A stretch of DNA of 48,491 nt from Nemertoderma westbladi. Its lineage: Eukaryota; Animalia; Xenacoelomorpha. Made by a program: the position numbers and the translations under genes. The DNA is taken from assembly GCA_032718475.1 (NCBI GenBank), contig JAUCBJ010003607.1, positions 1 to 48,491 of the forward strand. The letters run 5' to 3'. The notes beneath the pieces are model-generated. The model saw only the letters and a list, made by a program, of their open reading frames with translations, was not told the DNA's origin and did no database searches. This document shows positions 44,941 through 48,491 of this stretch, in pieces (within the stretch, counting starts at the first letter, position 1; each line of letters opens with the position of its first letter).

Positions 44941-46223
44941 GGGTGTTTGAAAAAGGTGGACTGGACACAGAAAACATGGACAATGGACAGACCAATCACG
45001 GGCAATTTGCGTCACACCGCATCACACCTTTTTCAGCTTTGTTGTCCACCTTTTTCAAATTTGAATAAGGTGGCCTGGGTTGAGAAAGAACAGGCAATGA
45101 ATTGACCAATCAGATTGATTTGCACATTATAGCAGCTCTGTCCACGTTTTTCAAAATATTTCAGAAGGTTTTTATGGATTATTAATGTTATTATTATCCC
45201 ATACTTACTGTCACTGTGAACAACCAGCCAACCGAAGTTGTCGAAATAGGCCTAGTTCAATCATGGGGCGAGCCACGCGAAGTCTGTGACCTGAGCCTTA
45301 CAGCCTTAGCATCAATATTTGAACGTCAATATTCTAACTCATTACAGTATAAAGTTAATTATAATAACTAGGCCTACCTATTGTACTGTGCTGCCATGAG
45401 GGAAATATAATATGCTTTATTTACCGTCCTTCCCGAGATCTGTTATTAAACGACCGAGCGCAGCGAGGGAGGTAAATAAGTCCCCATATTTTGGGAGTGG
45501 CGGTCCGAAACCCTAATTCAAAGTGGAAATGGAGGCCCAAAATCTTAATTAAAACTGTCATGTAACGAATTGTAACCCGCCCTTAAATATTTAAACCACT
45601 TAAATATTTTGGGTCCTAAATTCCACAAAATTTCTTAAATTAGAGCATCGGGACTTTAAGGTTACCGGTATAGGGTTAATGACAGTTTTAATTAAGGTTT
45701 GGGCCTGCGCCTGACCAAATAACCCAACCACAAAAATAAACCAACAAATCTAAGTTAAAGTGCTGTACGGTACGCTAGACCTACTATTTATTATTATACC
45801 GGTACTGTAAGTCTATAGGGCTATGGGGGGGGGGGGGGGGGGGGGGGCAATCCGCGCGCGGGGCGGGGGGGGGGGGTAGATACTCCTACAGTAGGACACC
45901 GGCAGCATTCTTAATGCAGCTGCTTCCAGCATGCCCATTATAGATAGATAATTGAAACCTGAAAAAGGTGGACAGTCCAATCACTAATAAATAGCATTGC
46001 TTTAATACGTTTTTGATTGGTCAGACTATTATCTATGTTTTTTGTGCATGTGTCCAGTCCACCTTTTCAAACACACATCTTATTCACAATTATGTAACTA
46101 AGAAAGCGAAACTTGAAAAAGGTGGACAGACCAATTACTACAAACTGCTTTGCATAATACGTTTCTGATTGGTCTGTCCGTTGTCCATGTTTTCTGTTTC
46201 CAGTCCACCTTTTTCAAACACCC
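44941..46223. mobile_element. Mutator/MULE-like non-autonomous element, 9-bp TSD CACAGGGAC
   Basis: TIR GGGTGTTTGAAAAAGGTGGACTGGA.ACAGAAAACATGGACAA.GGACAGACCAATCA. TSD at 44932-44940 and 46224-46232. Confidence 0.85.
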
Positions 46224-46364
46224 CACAGGGACAGGGTTATGGGCAAACGGTAATAAGATTTGCATTATTCACCCGGGTAAATGGGGATTATTACAGTACT
46301 CTTCATCTTCAATTATCTATCTATAATCGGCATGCTGGAAGCAGCTGAATTATCAATACTGTAC

Positions 46365-46468
46365 TATGCCGGGCTGTCAACAACTTCCTATTTACCCATG
46401 ACTTTCGCGAGATTATCCTCAACTTCAAGGCCAGCGTCTTTTAAGAGGCGTTTCAAGAAAGCCATGGT
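46365..46468 (-). mobile_element. Short RTE-like 3' fragment
   Basis: Aligns by eye to 19714-19830. Confidence 0.6.
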
Positions 46469-46519
46469 CTTCAATTAGTCAACTGTATACCGGTATTACA
46501 GTATATATGGCGGGTATAT

Positions 46520-47870
46520 ATATGACAAGGCACTACCTATAGAAACAGGGGACTTCACACCTGCCGAACTCCAAAGAAGCATTAAAGGCATGTCCAATAA
46601 TAAAGCGAGTGGATTAGATGAAATCCCAGCGGAGGTATGGAAAACCGGAGTGCTAAACAGACCATTATTGAATGTTTGCAACCGGATGTTAAAAGGGGAA
46701 AAGCCACCACCAATTTGGACTAAAGGTCAACTAAAGCCTCTCCCCAAGAAAGGAGACCTCGGCATACCAACAAACTATCGTGGGATCTGTCTGCTTGAGG
46801 TAGCTGCCAAAATATACAATAAAATGATTCTATATAGGATTAGGCCTCACATAGAGAAACTACTGCGTAAGAGCCAAAACGGATTTCGACCAAGTAGATC
46901 AACAATAGCTCAGATACTTGCACTACGGAGACTGATTGAAGGAATTAAGTCAAAGAATCTCCCCGCAGTCATGAATTTTATGGACTTCAAGAAGGCATTC
47001 GACTCCATCCATAGAGGTAAAATGCTTGAAATCCTAAGAGCTTATAGAATACCAGAAATAATTGTTGCTGGCATTGGATTGTTATATTGTGACACAGAAG
47101 CGCAGGTACTCTCACCAGATGGTGAAACTGAGTTTTTCTCAATCCTGGCTGGCGTACTGCAAGGTGACACATTAGCACCATTACTATTTGTAATTGTGCT
47201 GGATTACGCAATGAGGACGGCCACAAAGGGTGAAGACCTGGGATTCACACTTCAAGAACGCAGAAGTAGTAGATATCCGGCAACTACAGTCACAGACACC
47301 GACTTTGCGGATGACATCGCCCTGCTCTCTAATACCCTAGCAGATGCACAGCTTCTACTAAATAAAGTGGAGAGGGCTGCTAAGGAGGTTGGATTGCATA
47401 TAAATTCTACAAAGACCAAATTCATGACCTTTAATGTTGATGGAAACTTGACAACCATTGATAATAATCAACTAAGGAAGGTCGATGACTTCCAGTAACT
47501 TGGATCATGGATAGAGAGTAGCAAAAAGGACATAGAAGTTAGGAAAGCAAAGGCTTGGGTAGCTCTATCAAAAATGGATACCATCTGGAAATCAGATCTC
47601 TCCAGGCACCTGAAGACTAAGTTCTTGAACGCAGATTAAGATTCAGTGGGCACTGCTGGCGAAGTAAAGACGAGGTCATACCAGATCTACTTTTCTGGCA
47701 ACCAACTCATGGAAAGCGTAGTCCTGGACGACCGGCCATAACATATATAGATCAACTTGAAAGGGATACTGAACTTAGGAGAAACGAAATTGCGACAACT
47801 ATGGAGAATCGGGAAGCCTGGAAGGATCTCATTTCCACTGTCCGAGTTCGCTCGACCTAGTAGTAGTAGT
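46520..47870 (+). mobile_element. RTE-clade LINE, 5'-truncated, RT pseudogene with (TAG)n tail
   Basis: KASGLDEIPAEVWK, PKKGDL...NYRGICLL, QNGFRPSRST, DFKKAFDS, GVLQGDTLAPLLF, DFADD. TAA at 47496-47498 where the copy at 1860 has TAC. Internal deletion near 47627. Confidence 0.92.
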
Positions 47871-48329
47871 ATACCGGTACTGCTATATTGTAATAAATAA
47901 TATTCTGGAATATTTTGTTTATAATAATGAGTAGCTAAGCAATATTAAATTGACATCAAACTATTAATTAATAGTCGTCAAACAAATAAATACAGTAGGG
48001 CCTAAATAATAATGTCTACAAATTGTGTGTATGTATGAAATAGATTAAATAGCCTGCAGGTAGCAGCGGAAGCAAATACCTGCCATTTTTGAACGACACT
48101 ATCTCGGCTATTTCTCATCGAAACTAATAATGTAGTTATATTTACATATTTAGAATCGTTGCAACGACAGCTTGCCATTGAAGAATATCTGCGGTGCAAT
48201 ATTGACAAAATAATTAATTAATTAAGTAATTAATTGATTATTTAATACAGTAATTATAATAATAATAAGCATGATTGTGACAATAAAACTACATAGAGGG
48301 CCGATTGTACAACAAATAAAATACTTTAT

Positions 48330-48436
48330 TTACCTTTCCGCGCCTCGATCTGACTTATTTAAATACCATCGCTGCGCTCGGTCGTTTAATATCAGATCTC
48401 GGGACGAACGGTAAACAAAGCATATTATATTTACCG
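48330..48436. repeat. Dispersed repeat end, inverse copy at 45400-45478
   Basis: CGCTGCGCTCGGTCGTTTAATA.CAGATCTCGGGA...AAAGCATATTATATTT is shared in reverse complement. Confidence 0.7.
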
Positions 48437-48491
48437 TACACTAGATACATTAGTTATTAATTAACGTTATAATTAATGCGTTATAATATTA

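Overview
AT-rich, repeat-dense eukaryotic (most likely invertebrate animal) genomic DNA; no rRNA, convincing tRNA or CRISPR. There is one host gene: a minus-strand GIT-family ArfGAP (ArfGAP-ankyrin-SHD-GIT1_C) in just two large exons (30744-29857, 27086-24384). Its splice junction does not phase canonically and it contains three different 21-bp coding repeats. The rest is mostly nested transposons. Main points: (1) a complete 5.4-kb IS3EU-like DDE transposon (4307-9713; TACGG...CCGTA ends, 7-bp TSD, 20-bp subterminal minisatellites) carrying an intact intronless 675-aa HECT E3 ubiquitin ligase convergent with a damaged transposase; (2) six non-autonomous Helitron copies inserted in one orientation at five A|T sites within ~300 bp of one host repeat (11046-19570); (3) TAGGCCTA/TACCGGTA/TACAGTA micro-insertions that look like excision footprints. 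Also present: hAT-, P-, Harbinger- and Mutator-like non-autonomous elements with TSDs readable in the sequence, and RTE, RTE-X-like and CR1/L2 LINE fragments. Family names come from motif recall and manual inspection, not database searches.
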